From assembly GCA_041691775.1 (NCBI GenBank), contig JBEPUB010000013.1, positions 11,913-75,912 of the forward strand: a stretch of DNA of 64,000 bases, written 5' to 3'. Each line of letters begins with the position of its first letter. Position 1 is the stretch's first letter. Below are positions 40,903 through 49,092 of this stretch, one piece after another. The translations under genes were made by a program, and so were the position numbers. The notes under the pieces were generated by a model. It saw nothing but the letters and a program-made list of their open reading frames with translations. It was not told the DNA's origin and did no database searches. Origin of the DNA: Gemmatimonadota bacterium. GTDB lineage: Bacteria; Gemmatimonadota; Gemmatimonadetes; Gemmatimonadales; Gemmatimonadaceae.

Positions 40903-42273
40903 TCACTTGGGCAACAGGTTCGGAAAGACCGTGATCACGCCATACAGCGCGCCAATCAGGGATATCGCAACTACGATCGTTCCTCCGGCTAGGTTCGCCC
41001 GCCATCCATTGGCGAGGTCGCCCATGATCTCTCGGTCATTGACGAGCAGTAGCAGGAACAGAAGTGCCGGCGCCATCAGCAGGGTGGCGATGACATTGAC
41101 CGTCAGCGTCATCGCGAGCAGGGGCGCCCCAGGGATCAGCACGATCGCGGCGCCCACCAGAGTCGAGCCGATCGCCGACCCATAGAACAGCCGGCCCTCT
41201 GAGAAGTCGAGGTTGAGACTATGCCGCGCCGCCACAGTCTCGGCTAGCGCATACGACGAGCTCGTGGAGATCGTCATCGCAGCGAGCAGGCCCGCCTCCA
41301 CGATGCCGAGCGCGAACAGTGTAGCGCCGGTGGTGCCGATTAGTGGGCGAAGTGCCGTCGCGAAATCGGCCCCGCTTGCGAACTGCGACACATCAACGTG
41401 CGCAGCGAACAGTGGAGCCGTGGCGACAACCGTTGCGATCGCGGCCGCCGCGGCCACGATAGCGCCGATCGCCGTATCCATTCGACCCTGTGACAGGTCT
41501 GCCCGCGTAAGCCCCTTGTCCACAACGGCACTCTGCTGGAAGAAAATCATCCACGGCGTGACGGTCGCGCCGACGTTGGCAAGGATCAAGGTCACGAACA
41601 CTATGCCGAAGCCGCCCGGTAACGGACCCCACGTCGCGACCGCGTCGGCCAGCTTCGCTCCGCTTGGGTGCGCAAGCAACGCCGCGGGAATGAAAAGCAG
41701 ATTGCCGACGGCAAGCGTCATCAACGCGCGTTCCCATGTGGCGTACCGCCGCAGTGCGAGCGAGGCAACCACCAGCACGCTCCCGAGGGTCACTGAGAGC
41801 CACGCCGGAATTCCGAAATAGAGGCCGCCGGCCTGGATCGCGATGAACTCGGTAACCAGTGTTAGCAGGTTCCCGAATACGAGATCACCCATCGCGAAGT
41901 AGCCCCAAAACGGTCCGAAGCGCTGGAAGATGAGCTCGGCGTGACCGCGATGGGTCGCTGCACCGAGCCGTACAGTCATTTCCTGGACCACAAAGGCCAT
42001 CAGGAAGGTGAGCAGGATGAATGGGACGAAGAAGCCAATGCCGTAGGTCGCACCCGTTGTTGCGTACGATACCATGCTCGGGCCATCATTCTCGGCGAGC
42101 ATTACCAGCACGCCCGGTCCGGCCAGAAGCCAGAGCAGCCGAAACCGCCGCTTGGCTGACCGAGTCTCCAGAATCTTCAGACGGTCGCGCGCCCGGAGGA
42201 TATCCTCTCGCGTGACGACCTCCTCGACCATTTCGCGAGGCGCGGCCGGAGATGTTGCGGGACTGGCGGTCAC
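40903..42273 (-). CDS. Nramp-family cation transporter with a non-canonical metal-binding site
   Basis: 456 aa with 11-12 TM segments. It aligns by eye to E. coli MntH. TM1 reads AENDGPSM where MntH has IDPGNF. TM6 reads GATVTPW where MntH has GATIMPH. GTGA overlap with the upstream regulator. Confidence 0.85.
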   Translation of the reverse strand: MTASPATSPAAPREMVEEVVTREDILRARDRLKILETRSAKRRFRLLWLLAGPGVLVMLAENDGPSMVSYATTGATYGIGFFVPFILLTFLMAFVVQEMTVRLGAATHRGHAELIFQRFGPFWGYFAMGDLVFGNLLTLVTEFIAIQAGGLYFGIPAWLSVTLGSVLVVASLALRRYATWERALMTLAVGNLLFIPAALLAHPSGAKLADAVATWGPLPGGFGIVFVTLILANVGATVTPWMIFFQQSAVVDKGLTRADLSQGRMDTAIGAIVAAAAAIATVVATAPLFAAHVDVSQFASGADFATALRPLIGTTGATLFALGIVEAGLLAAMTISTSSSYALAETVAARHSLNLDFSEGRLFYGSAIGSTLVGAAIVLIPGAPLLAMTLTVNVIATLLMAPALLFLLLLVNDREIMGDLANGWRANLAGGTIVVAISLIGALYGVITVFPNLLPK

Positions 42274-42968
42274 GCGCCACGCTCCTTCCTGCTCGGGTTC
42301 GCTCCAAGTTCATCGACCACTGCATCGACGAAGACCTGCCGAGCCACGTGCGGAGTTAGCCGTACGAGCTTGCCGCCTACGTTGAGTACGAGCGGACCGT
42401 CGAACGGCTCCTGCGTGACGAATTCGATCGCCGTACCAGGGGTCATTCCCAGTGTCTGGAGATGGCGCAATAACTTCGCGTCCTCATCGCGCACCCGGCG
42501 GATGACCAGTTGGGAGGGTGCACTCTGCTCCGCGAGAGTCACATTCGATGTCGAAGCGATCGTTCCGGCCCGCGTGGGAATCGGATCGCCGTGCGGGCAC
42601 GTTGTGGGGTGTCCAAGCAGCTGATCAATCCGATCTTCGAACTCCTCGCTGATGTGATGTTCGAGTCGCTCCGCCTCCTCGTGGACACTGTCCCAGGAGA
42701 AGCCCATGGCCTGGACAAGGTAAAGTTCGATGAGTCTGTGATGCCGGATAATCTCAAGGGCCATTTTCTCGCCGGCCCGCGTGAGCTTTACCCCTTGATA
42801 TGGAGTGTGCGAGATCAGCCTCAACTCCGAGAGCCGTCGCAGCATCTTGCTCACCGCGGGCGCGCTCACCTCTAGCCGGTGCGCCAACTCCTGCGTCGCA
42901 ACATTTCCATTTTCAGCGTGCGCTTTGTAGATGGCCTTGATGTAGTCTTCGACAGATGGTGAGAGCAT
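42270..42968 (-). CDS. DtxR/MntR-family metal-dependent transcriptional regulator with a C-terminal FeoA/SH3-like domain
   Basis: 232 aa with an N-terminal wHTH (EDYIKAIYKAH.., VATQELAHRLEVSAPAVSKMLRRL), a dimerisation/metal region (HHRLIELYL..HEEAERLEHHIS), and a C-terminal FeoA-like part. Confidence 0.85.
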   Translation of the reverse strand: MLSPSVEDYIKAIYKAHAENGNVATQELAHRLEVSAPAVSKMLRRLSELRLISHTPYQGVKLTRAGEKMALEIIRHHRLIELYLVQAMGFSWDSVHEEAERLEHHISEEFEDRIDQLLGHPTTCPHGDPIPTRAGTIASTSNVTLAEQSAPSQLVIRRVRDEDAKLLRHLQTLGMTPGTAIEFVTQEPFDGPLVLNVGGKLVRLTPHVARQVFVDAVVDELGANPSRKERGA

Positions 42969-42984
42969 TGATGCAGAAGGTTGT

Positions 42985-43031
42985 ATTAACTTTGGTTAAC
43001 TTATCCTAGGACCGCAGTTAACATTTGTCAA
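42985..43031 (-). promoter_or_regulatory. candidate sigma-70 promoter of the regulator-Nramp operon with embedded (G/A)TTAAC hexamers (putative operator)
   Basis: On the minus strand: TTGACA (43031-43026), a 17-nt spacer, then TAGGAT (43008-43003). GTTAAC sits at 43017-43022 and 42995-43000, and ATTAAC at 42985-42990. TTAAC-N4-GTTAA forms a dyad at 42986-42999 over the predicted +1 region. Confidence 0.4.
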
Positions 43032-43032
43032 G

Positions 43033-43087
43033 TTCCATGTAGCGGTTTCCATGTAGTGGTTCCCATGTAGCGGTTCCATGTAGCATC
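43033..43087. repeat. 14-bp tandem repeat x4 (ttccatgtagcggt and variants)
   Basis: Units: ttccatgtagcggt / ttccatgtagtggt / tcccatgtagcggt / tccatgtagcatc. It lies in the divergent intergenic region directly upstream of the -35 above. Confidence 0.9.
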
Positions 43088-43212
43088 AGGTCGCGCGGGT
43101 TGTGGCTGAACTATGCGAACATCGCTTTCTCTTGCTTTACCATTCCTCGCGCGTTTCCGCCGAAGGGCGCATATTGCCCTCTGCCGTTCGCCCTTATCGA
43201 GAGATTGCCGAC

Positions 43213-44856
43213 ATGCGCCGCGTTCCATTTTTGCCGACCTTACCAGCGCTCACTTTAGCCCTCTGGGCCTGCGCCAGTTCCGGTGTACCCGGGAGTTCGT
43301 CCATCACTAAGGACGCGCTTTCCGCCGATGTGTACGCGATCTCCGCGGACTCCATGCGCGGCCGCCTCGTCGGAACGCGCGAGGACTCCGAAGCGGGTGA
43401 CTGGATCCGCGCACGCTTCCAATCGCTGGGTCTTGTACCTGCCGGCGATGACGGCTTCGTCCAGCGCTTCGACATGAACTGGTTCAGCCTGGAGTCAGGG
43501 AACAGCCTCACGATCGCGGGCGCCGGCGCTGCGCGTGAGCCCGGTCAGGGCTGGACGCCTGCAAACTTCGCGGCGACGTCGTCGGCATCGGGGCCGGTCG
43601 TCTACGCGGGATACGGCATCGTCGAGCCTCACCTCGGCTGGGACGACTACAAAGGCCAGGATGTGCGCGGCAAGGTGGTGCTCGTGCTAGACGGCGAGCC
43701 CGGTGCAAACGATCCGGCGAGCCAGTTCGACGGCTTGGTGGCGTCCGAGGGTGGGCGTGCGTGGCGGAAAGCGGTTACCGCTGCAAAGAACGGGGCCGCG
43801 GCCATACTGTTCGTGCGCCCCGACACGAACGCGACTCCTGACAAGTGGAAAGCGATAAACGCCGTGGCGTGGCCCGCCAAACCGCGTCGTATCGAGCGAT
43901 TCCTGCTCGCGGACGGTGTGAACGAGATCACGATTCCCGCGGCCGACATATCCGTAGAGTTGGCCGACGCACTCGTGAAGGGAAGCGGTCGCACGCTCGC
44001 CGAGTTGGCCACGCAAGCGGAGGACGCACCGCACGGCCTGGGCGTTGTTCCGCTGAAGGACGCGCGCGCAAGCCTCACTACCGCCGTTGAACGCCACGTC
44101 ACGCCCGGTCGCAACATTCTGGCGATGATTCAAGGTTCCGACTCCACACTTCGCAACGAAGTCGTGATCGTCAGTGGCCACTACGATCACGAAGGCGCAG
44201 ACAGCGTAGAGATATTCCACGGAGCCGACGACAACGGCTCCGGCGCGGTCGGCGCCATGGCCGTCGCTCAAGCGTACGCGCGCGCGGCGAAACAGGGCCA
44301 TCGGCCCCGCCGCACCGTTCTCTTCGCGGCATGGGACGCAGAAGAGCGTCCCGAACTGGGATCGTGGTTCTATACGCTGCATCCGCGCTTCCCTTTGAAG
44401 AGCACGGTGGCTGTCCTCAACATGGACATGATCGGTCGCAACGAAGAAATACCCGCGAACGGCGGTGCGCGTTTCCGTGGTCTCACGCCGCAGACTGCCG
44501 AATCCAACGCCAACGCAATGAACATCGTCGGATCGAGTCGCTCGCCCGACCTAGCGGCCGACATCAAGGCAGCCGATAAACCGTTGGGACTCACAATTCA
44601 CTTTCGCTACGACAACAACGAGTCGAACCTGCTCCGGCGAAGCGATCAGTGGCCCTTCCTCAACAACGGCGTGCCCGCCGTCTGGTTCTTCACGGGACTA
44701 CACCCCGATTACCACAGACCCAGCGACATCGCGAACAAGCTCAACTACGAAAAGATGACGCGCGTCGTGAAGCTGCTACACGCAGTGAGTTGGAATCTGG
44801 CCAACGCGGACGGCCGGCCGGCCATCGAGCCGATGGGGAGTCGACCTCGGATGTAA
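43213..44856 (+). CDS. M28-family aminopeptidase lipoprotein with a PA domain
   Basis: True start ATG 43213 (MRRVPFLPTLPALTLALWACASS, with a lipobox). M28 metal-ligand blocks are present: GHYDH, GADDNGSG, WDAEE, NMDMIG. Confidence 0.85.
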   Translation: MRRVPFLPTLPALTLALWACASSGVPGSSSITKDALSADVYAISADSMRGRLVGTREDSEAGDWIRARFQSLGLVPAGDDGFVQRFDMNWFSLESGNSLTIAGAGAAREPGQGWTPANFAATSSASGPVVYAGYGIVEPHLGWDDYKGQDVRGKVVLVLDGEPGANDPASQFDGLVASEGGRAWRKAVTAAKNGAAAILFVRPDTNATPDKWKAINAVAWPAKPRRIERFLLADGVNEITIPAADISVELADALVKGSGRTLAELATQAEDAPHGLGVVPLKDARASLTTAVERHVTPGRNILAMIQGSDSTLRNEVVIVSGHYDHEGADSVEIFHGADDNGSGAVGAMAVAQAYARAAKQGHRPRRTVLFAAWDAEERPELGSWFYTLHPRFPLKSTVAVLNMDMIGRNEEIPANGGARFRGLTPQTAESNANAMNIVGSSRSPDLAADIKAADKPLGLTIHFRYDNNESNLLRRSDQWPFLNNGVPAVWFFTGLHPDYHRPSDIANKLNYEKMTRVVKLLHAVSWNLANADGRPAIEPMGSRPRM

Positions 44857-45016
44857 GCTCGGCCCGACCGTACGGACAGTGCTGCCGTCGATCCCATCCT
44901 GAGATCGAGCAAGTCCGCGCGGTCTGTGGGAAAGCGCGCTCCGACAAGCGCGATTGTACTAGTTTCCAAAGCTCAGCGCGACACCTCCATTCCGTCATCG
45001 ACGCCAGGGAAAGCGA

Positions 45017-46324
45017 ATGCATATACGTGTGACACTGTTGGTCGCCACCCTACTGGCATCCAGCGCTCCGATAGCAGCATCGATCAGTGCGCAAACAACA
45101 ACGATCGACAATGTCACGATCGTCGACGTAACCAACGGCCGGCTTCAGCCGCGAAAGACGATCGTCATCGAAGGCAATCGAATCGTCCGCATCGACGACG
45201 CGAGTGCGTCGACCCATGCCGCCGCCACGCTCGACGGTACCGGAATGTTCGTGATTCCGGGCCTGTGGGACATGCACGTGCATACGTACTTCACCAACGA
45301 TACCGCACGCTTCCACAGCACCAGTGAAGTGATGCTCCCGCTGTTCATCGTGAACGGCATCACCGGCGTGCGCGACATGGGCAGCAATCTCGACGCGACG
45401 CTCGCCGCGCGCGACAGCATCGCGGCGCACCAGTTGATCGGTCCGCGGATGTTGGTGTCGGGTCCGATGCTCGACGGTCCGACCACCCGCTATGCCGCCG
45501 CGATCAAAGTGGCGAATGATTCGGAAGCGCGCGCGGCAGTCCGAATGCTTAAGCGGCGCGGCGTCGACCTGATCAAGACGCAGTCGCTCGTTCCCAGAGA
45601 AGCCTATTTCCCGATTGCTGATGAAGCGGCTCGCATCGGCATTCCCTTCGAGGGACACGTGCCGAACGCAATCACGGGCATGGAGGCGATCGCGGCGGGC
45701 CAACGCAGCTTCGAGCATTTACTCGGCGTGAGCGACACAGCGACGGCGCTCATCGCGGAGCTCGCCCGCAAGCACGTTTGGCAGTGTCCGACGGTGATCA
45801 ACAGTGTCGGAACCGCCGCCGATTTCACGAGTGATCCAGGCGTGCCGTACTGGCTGCGGACGGCGGTCGAAGGTTGGCGGCGCACCGCAGTTACCCGTGC
45901 GGCGGCGAGTGACTCCGCGGCTCGGGCGGCTGAAGCGCGCGCGACGCGCCGGCTCGCTCTCATCAAGCGGATGTATGACGCGAAGATTCCGTTTCTCGCA
46001 GGCACCGATGCGCCTGCGGGATATGACCTCGTCCCCGGCGCGAGCCTCCATCGCGAGCTTCAACTGTTCGTGCGCGCGGGACTCACGCCGCTCCAGGCGC
46101 TACAGACGGCAACGATCAATCCTGCGGACTTTTTCGGCAAGACGGCGGAGTGGGGAACGGTTGCCGTCGGCAAGGTTGCGGATCTCGTCGTGCTCCGAGG
46201 GAATCCACTCGTCGACATCGCCAACACGCGTGCAGTCGTCGCGGTCGTCGCGGACGGTCGATACTACTCGCCGCGCGAACTCGAGCGTCTCCGGCTTCGC
46301 ATCATGGAACTGGCAGGAAAATGA
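45017..46324 (+). CDS. secreted amidohydrolase-family metallohydrolase
   Basis: Signal peptide (LLVATLLASSAPIAASISAQ), HxH motif (LWDMHVHTY), and C-terminal GTVAVGKVADLVVL, typical of the amidohydrolase superfamily. Confidence 0.8.
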   Translation: MHIRVTLLVATLLASSAPIAASISAQTTTIDNVTIVDVTNGRLQPRKTIVIEGNRIVRIDDASASTHAAATLDGTGMFVIPGLWDMHVHTYFTNDTARFHSTSEVMLPLFIVNGITGVRDMGSNLDATLAARDSIAAHQLIGPRMLVSGPMLDGPTTRYAAAIKVANDSEARAAVRMLKRRGVDLIKTQSLVPREAYFPIADEAARIGIPFEGHVPNAITGMEAIAAGQRSFEHLLGVSDTATALIAELARKHVWQCPTVINSVGTAADFTSDPGVPYWLRTAVEGWRRTAVTRAAASDSAARAAEARATRRLALIKRMYDAKIPFLAGTDAPAGYDLVPGASLHRELQLFVRAGLTPLQALQTATINPADFFGKTAEWGTVAVGKVADLVVLRGNPLVDIANTRAVVAVVADGRYYSPRELERLRLRIMELAGK

Positions 46325-46422
46325 GCGGGCGCTGACTGCAGAAGCGTCGGCGATCCCCAGTCGGATCGGCATCACATCACAGCCACGCTCTCCAGCGACA
46401 ACGAAATCATGTGAAAGGGGCT

Positions 46423-48984
46423 TCAGGCGTGCACGGGTGGTTCGAGCATTGCGTCGATCTCCGCGGCCACATCTGCGCTAGTCCAGTAGCGCGTGTGAGT
46501 GCCGGCTCCAAGGCATCTGTCGTACCGATCGAGCGGTGCGCCGCGCTGGGCTCGCTCAACGAACTCCTGCCGCCGCCATATGTCCGGCCAAGACATTGAG
46601 CGCCAAAGACTGCGGCCGACGTAGTCGCCGGTAGTAAATAGGTTCACCCACTCCGCCACGTTCAGTTCCGCCGGATCAGGGTGCGCATGATACGCCGACG
46701 TACCTACGGTATCGTCGTTGTTGGTATCCACCCACTCGTATAGATGCGGAAAATTCGCCGAGTAGAGCTGTCGCAGCGGCGAGCCCATCGTGAGCAGGCT
46801 CACCTTGACGCCGCTCATATCGGGATCCGTCGCCCCGACTGTCTTCAGAAAACGAAGCATGTCGGCCGCCATCACCGTGCCCTGGCTATGCGATACTATC
46901 ACGATCCTGTTGAACATCGGCTTGCCGGCGGCATCGCGCCGCTCAAGGATGTGCCGAAGCAGCGACGCGAAGCGCGCGGCCATCTTCGCTTTGGGTGTAG
47001 CCCAGCTTGGCGACTCGCGCAGATAGTTGTCCACGTCAAGTATGAGGCCGAGCGCCGGTCGGGCGTGACTCGCGAGCGCGGATACGCGAAGCCGAACCAC
47101 CGCGAGCCCAGCGGCAGAAGTCACGAGCGCGACCGCCAGCCAATTAACTATCGCATGCGTCGCTGCAGGGTCGAAGTCGCTCGTTCTGGCGCCAATCGAT
47201 AGCCAATCATGAATGCCGCCGACGAGTATGAATACGACGATTCCGACCACGAGACAGTCGCCCGCCACTCCCGCCCACGCGAAGCCCGAGCTCAACCAGC
47301 GACCGAGCGCCAGGCTGCCCTCATCGCTCGGATCACGTGATGATGGCGTCCACACACTGGTGACGGCAATCAGTACCACGAGCCACGATACCAGTACCGC
47401 CGTGATCGCGCCGGTAACGAGCACCAGCTTGAACCCCGATGTTCCGCTCGTCGTTATCAGCGCGGTAAAGAACTTCGACGCCGAGTTCACGGAGTCATCC
47501 GTAACTAGCGCCGGCACGATCTGTGGAAGGCATGCTCGTGCGCTCTCCACGCACGGCGGCAACAAGCTCAACTTTGCCTGTTGCGAATCGGCGATTCTTA
47601 CAACTGCTTGGTATCCGACCAGCGCGAATACGATGAACAGAAACGCACTCAGAGCGAGCGTCACGCGCGCGGTTCGCGCGACGCGACGCGCGCGCATCGT
47701 GGAGTCTTTGAACGCCGCCTTGTACATAACGGGAATGGAGGCGATCAGGGCGAGCGACGCGGCGACCCAGAACAGCCCCCAGCATATGGTGAGCGCGAGG
47801 TATCCCGACTCGAAGCCAAGCAACGCTGCGTATCTGATCCGTTCCGCAAGATTTGCGGCGGGAATCGCCGACCAGTTAACAGCGACAAGCAATAGCGCCA
47901 TCAGGAGCACGCTGTAGCCAACGACTCGCGCATGCGATCGCACACGATTGTAAGATCTGACGATCGCCCAGAACGCCACAGCACTTGTCAACCCGAGCAG
48001 ACACGAAACGATTACGGTTCCGGCGGGCTCACGTGCGACAACTCCATTGCGGAATAGCCACCACATCATGCCGCAAACAACGATAAGGAATCCGACGAAG
48101 AGATTGGATCCCCAGTGAAGCGCGGTGAGGCGGTAAAGACCGTAACCGAAACCGGCGACAACGATCACGGCCGCCGCGACGACCCCGATCGTGAAGCGTG
48201 CATCCGCCGCTATAGCCGCGGGAATGAACAGCGGTAGAAAGACGAGCATCACAAGTGTAGACAGCGGTACCAGCAGCGTGAATGCGCGCACAGCGGTCGT
48301 GTGCGCGCACGAGTAGAACTTCCATCGCCGCGCGACCGCGCCGTCTTCCTTATAGAGTTCCTTCGCCACGTCGACGCCCTTACGTCCAAGATGGCTGACG
48401 TGTAACAGAAGCTGATAGATCGCACCGAAAACGCGCAGCACACCGCTTCCGAGTCGTGATAGGTCGGCCCAGTGCATCTCGAACACGTGGATCGTCTGAG
48501 TGGATCCGGTGCTCCGCCCTCGCCGGCTACCGCATATCTCGATGGTTGCGTAAGCATCCTGATGACCCGCGCCATCGAACCCAGCTAGTTGCTCACGCAT
48601 GAAGGCGACGCCCGCCCCCTCCCCATAGCTCAGTGTGGGAAGCGCAGTGCGGTCGGAAGCCGCGTGCGATTGATGTGGCGCGTCCCGTCCCGCGCCCTGT
48701 GCCGCCGCGCTGGCTTGGTGCGCGGGACCGTTCTCGCTCGCAGCCTCGGCCCCTTGTACCAGCGCCGCTACGGGCGGCGGCGCAATGAGCGGATCGACTG
48801 CGACGTAGATCGATCTTTCATCGAAGCCGACGTATTCGCCGGCTGGCGCGAACTCGGTCAATAAAGCAGCAATCGCGCGGGCGGTGCTGAACGGAGGTGG
48901 TCCGCCCACGCCGTGCACGCCGATAATCGCTACGTGCTCTTCAGCCCGCGTTTCAGCGTTGGTCACGTTCGATCCCAGCGGCAA
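46423..48984 (-). CDS. large polytopic membrane protein; putative alpha/beta hydrolase split by about 10 TM helices
   Basis: 853 aa. The N-terminus has VAIIGVHGVGG (an oxyanion-hole-like HG motif). About ten hydrophobic helices lie between roughly aa 230 and 640. The C-terminus has IVIVSHSQGT (nucleophile elbow, Ser ~700), FTTGDYVGR (Asp ~787) and GAGTHTRYW (His ~830). TTG start (alternative GTG 48966). Confidence 0.6.
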   Translation of the reverse strand: MPLGSNVTNAETRAEEHVAIIGVHGVGGPPPFSTARAIAALLTEFAPAGEYVGFDERSIYVAVDPLIAPPPVAALVQGAEAASENGPAHQASAAAQGAGRDAPHQSHAASDRTALPTLSYGEGAGVAFMREQLAGFDGAGHQDAYATIEICGSRRGRSTGSTQTIHVFEMHWADLSRLGSGVLRVFGAIYQLLLHVSHLGRKGVDVAKELYKEDGAVARRWKFYSCAHTTAVRAFTLLVPLSTLVMLVFLPLFIPAAIAADARFTIGVVAAAVIVVAGFGYGLYRLTALHWGSNLFVGFLIVVCGMMWWLFRNGVVAREPAGTVIVSCLLGLTSAVAFWAIVRSYNRVRSHARVVGYSVLLMALLLVAVNWSAIPAANLAERIRYAALLGFESGYLALTICWGLFWVAASLALIASIPVMYKAAFKDSTMRARRVARTARVTLALSAFLFIVFALVGYQAVVRIADSQQAKLSLLPPCVESARACLPQIVPALVTDDSVNSASKFFTALITTSGTSGFKLVLVTGAITAVLVSWLVVLIAVTSVWTPSSRDPSDEGSLALGRWLSSGFAWAGVAGDCLVVGIVVFILVGGIHDWLSIGARTSDFDPAATHAIVNWLAVALVTSAAGLAVVRLRVSALASHARPALGLILDVDNYLRESPSWATPKAKMAARFASLLRHILERRDAAGKPMFNRIVIVSHSQGTVMAADMLRFLKTVGATDPDMSGVKVSLLTMGSPLRQLYSANFPHLYEWVDTNNDDTVGTSAYHAHPDPAELNVAEWVNLFTTGDYVGRSLWRSMSWPDIWRRQEFVERAQRGAPLDRYDRCLGAGTHTRYWTSADVAAEIDAMLEPPVHA

Positions 48985-49092
48985 GTGAACTCAAACGGCG
49001 CATCGGGGAGCTTCATCCTGTTCTGTTCCGTAAAGGGTTTCCCGGCCGGCACATCGACCGACACATCGACCGACACGCGAACGCCTCGGGCG

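Noticed and set aside
40700-41005. 101-aa ORF overlapping the 3' end of the Nramp gene. A shorter 65-aa version could start at GTG 40894, with one TM segment.
   Set aside because: The long form overlaps the Nramp gene by about 100 nt. The short form has no RBS or family support. It may be a small membrane protein, but the evidence is insufficient.
23049-49074. Whether the various short tandem repeats could represent CRISPR arrays
   Set aside because: The units are contiguous with no spacers, are 12-15 bp long, and there are no cas genes. They are simple tandem duplications.
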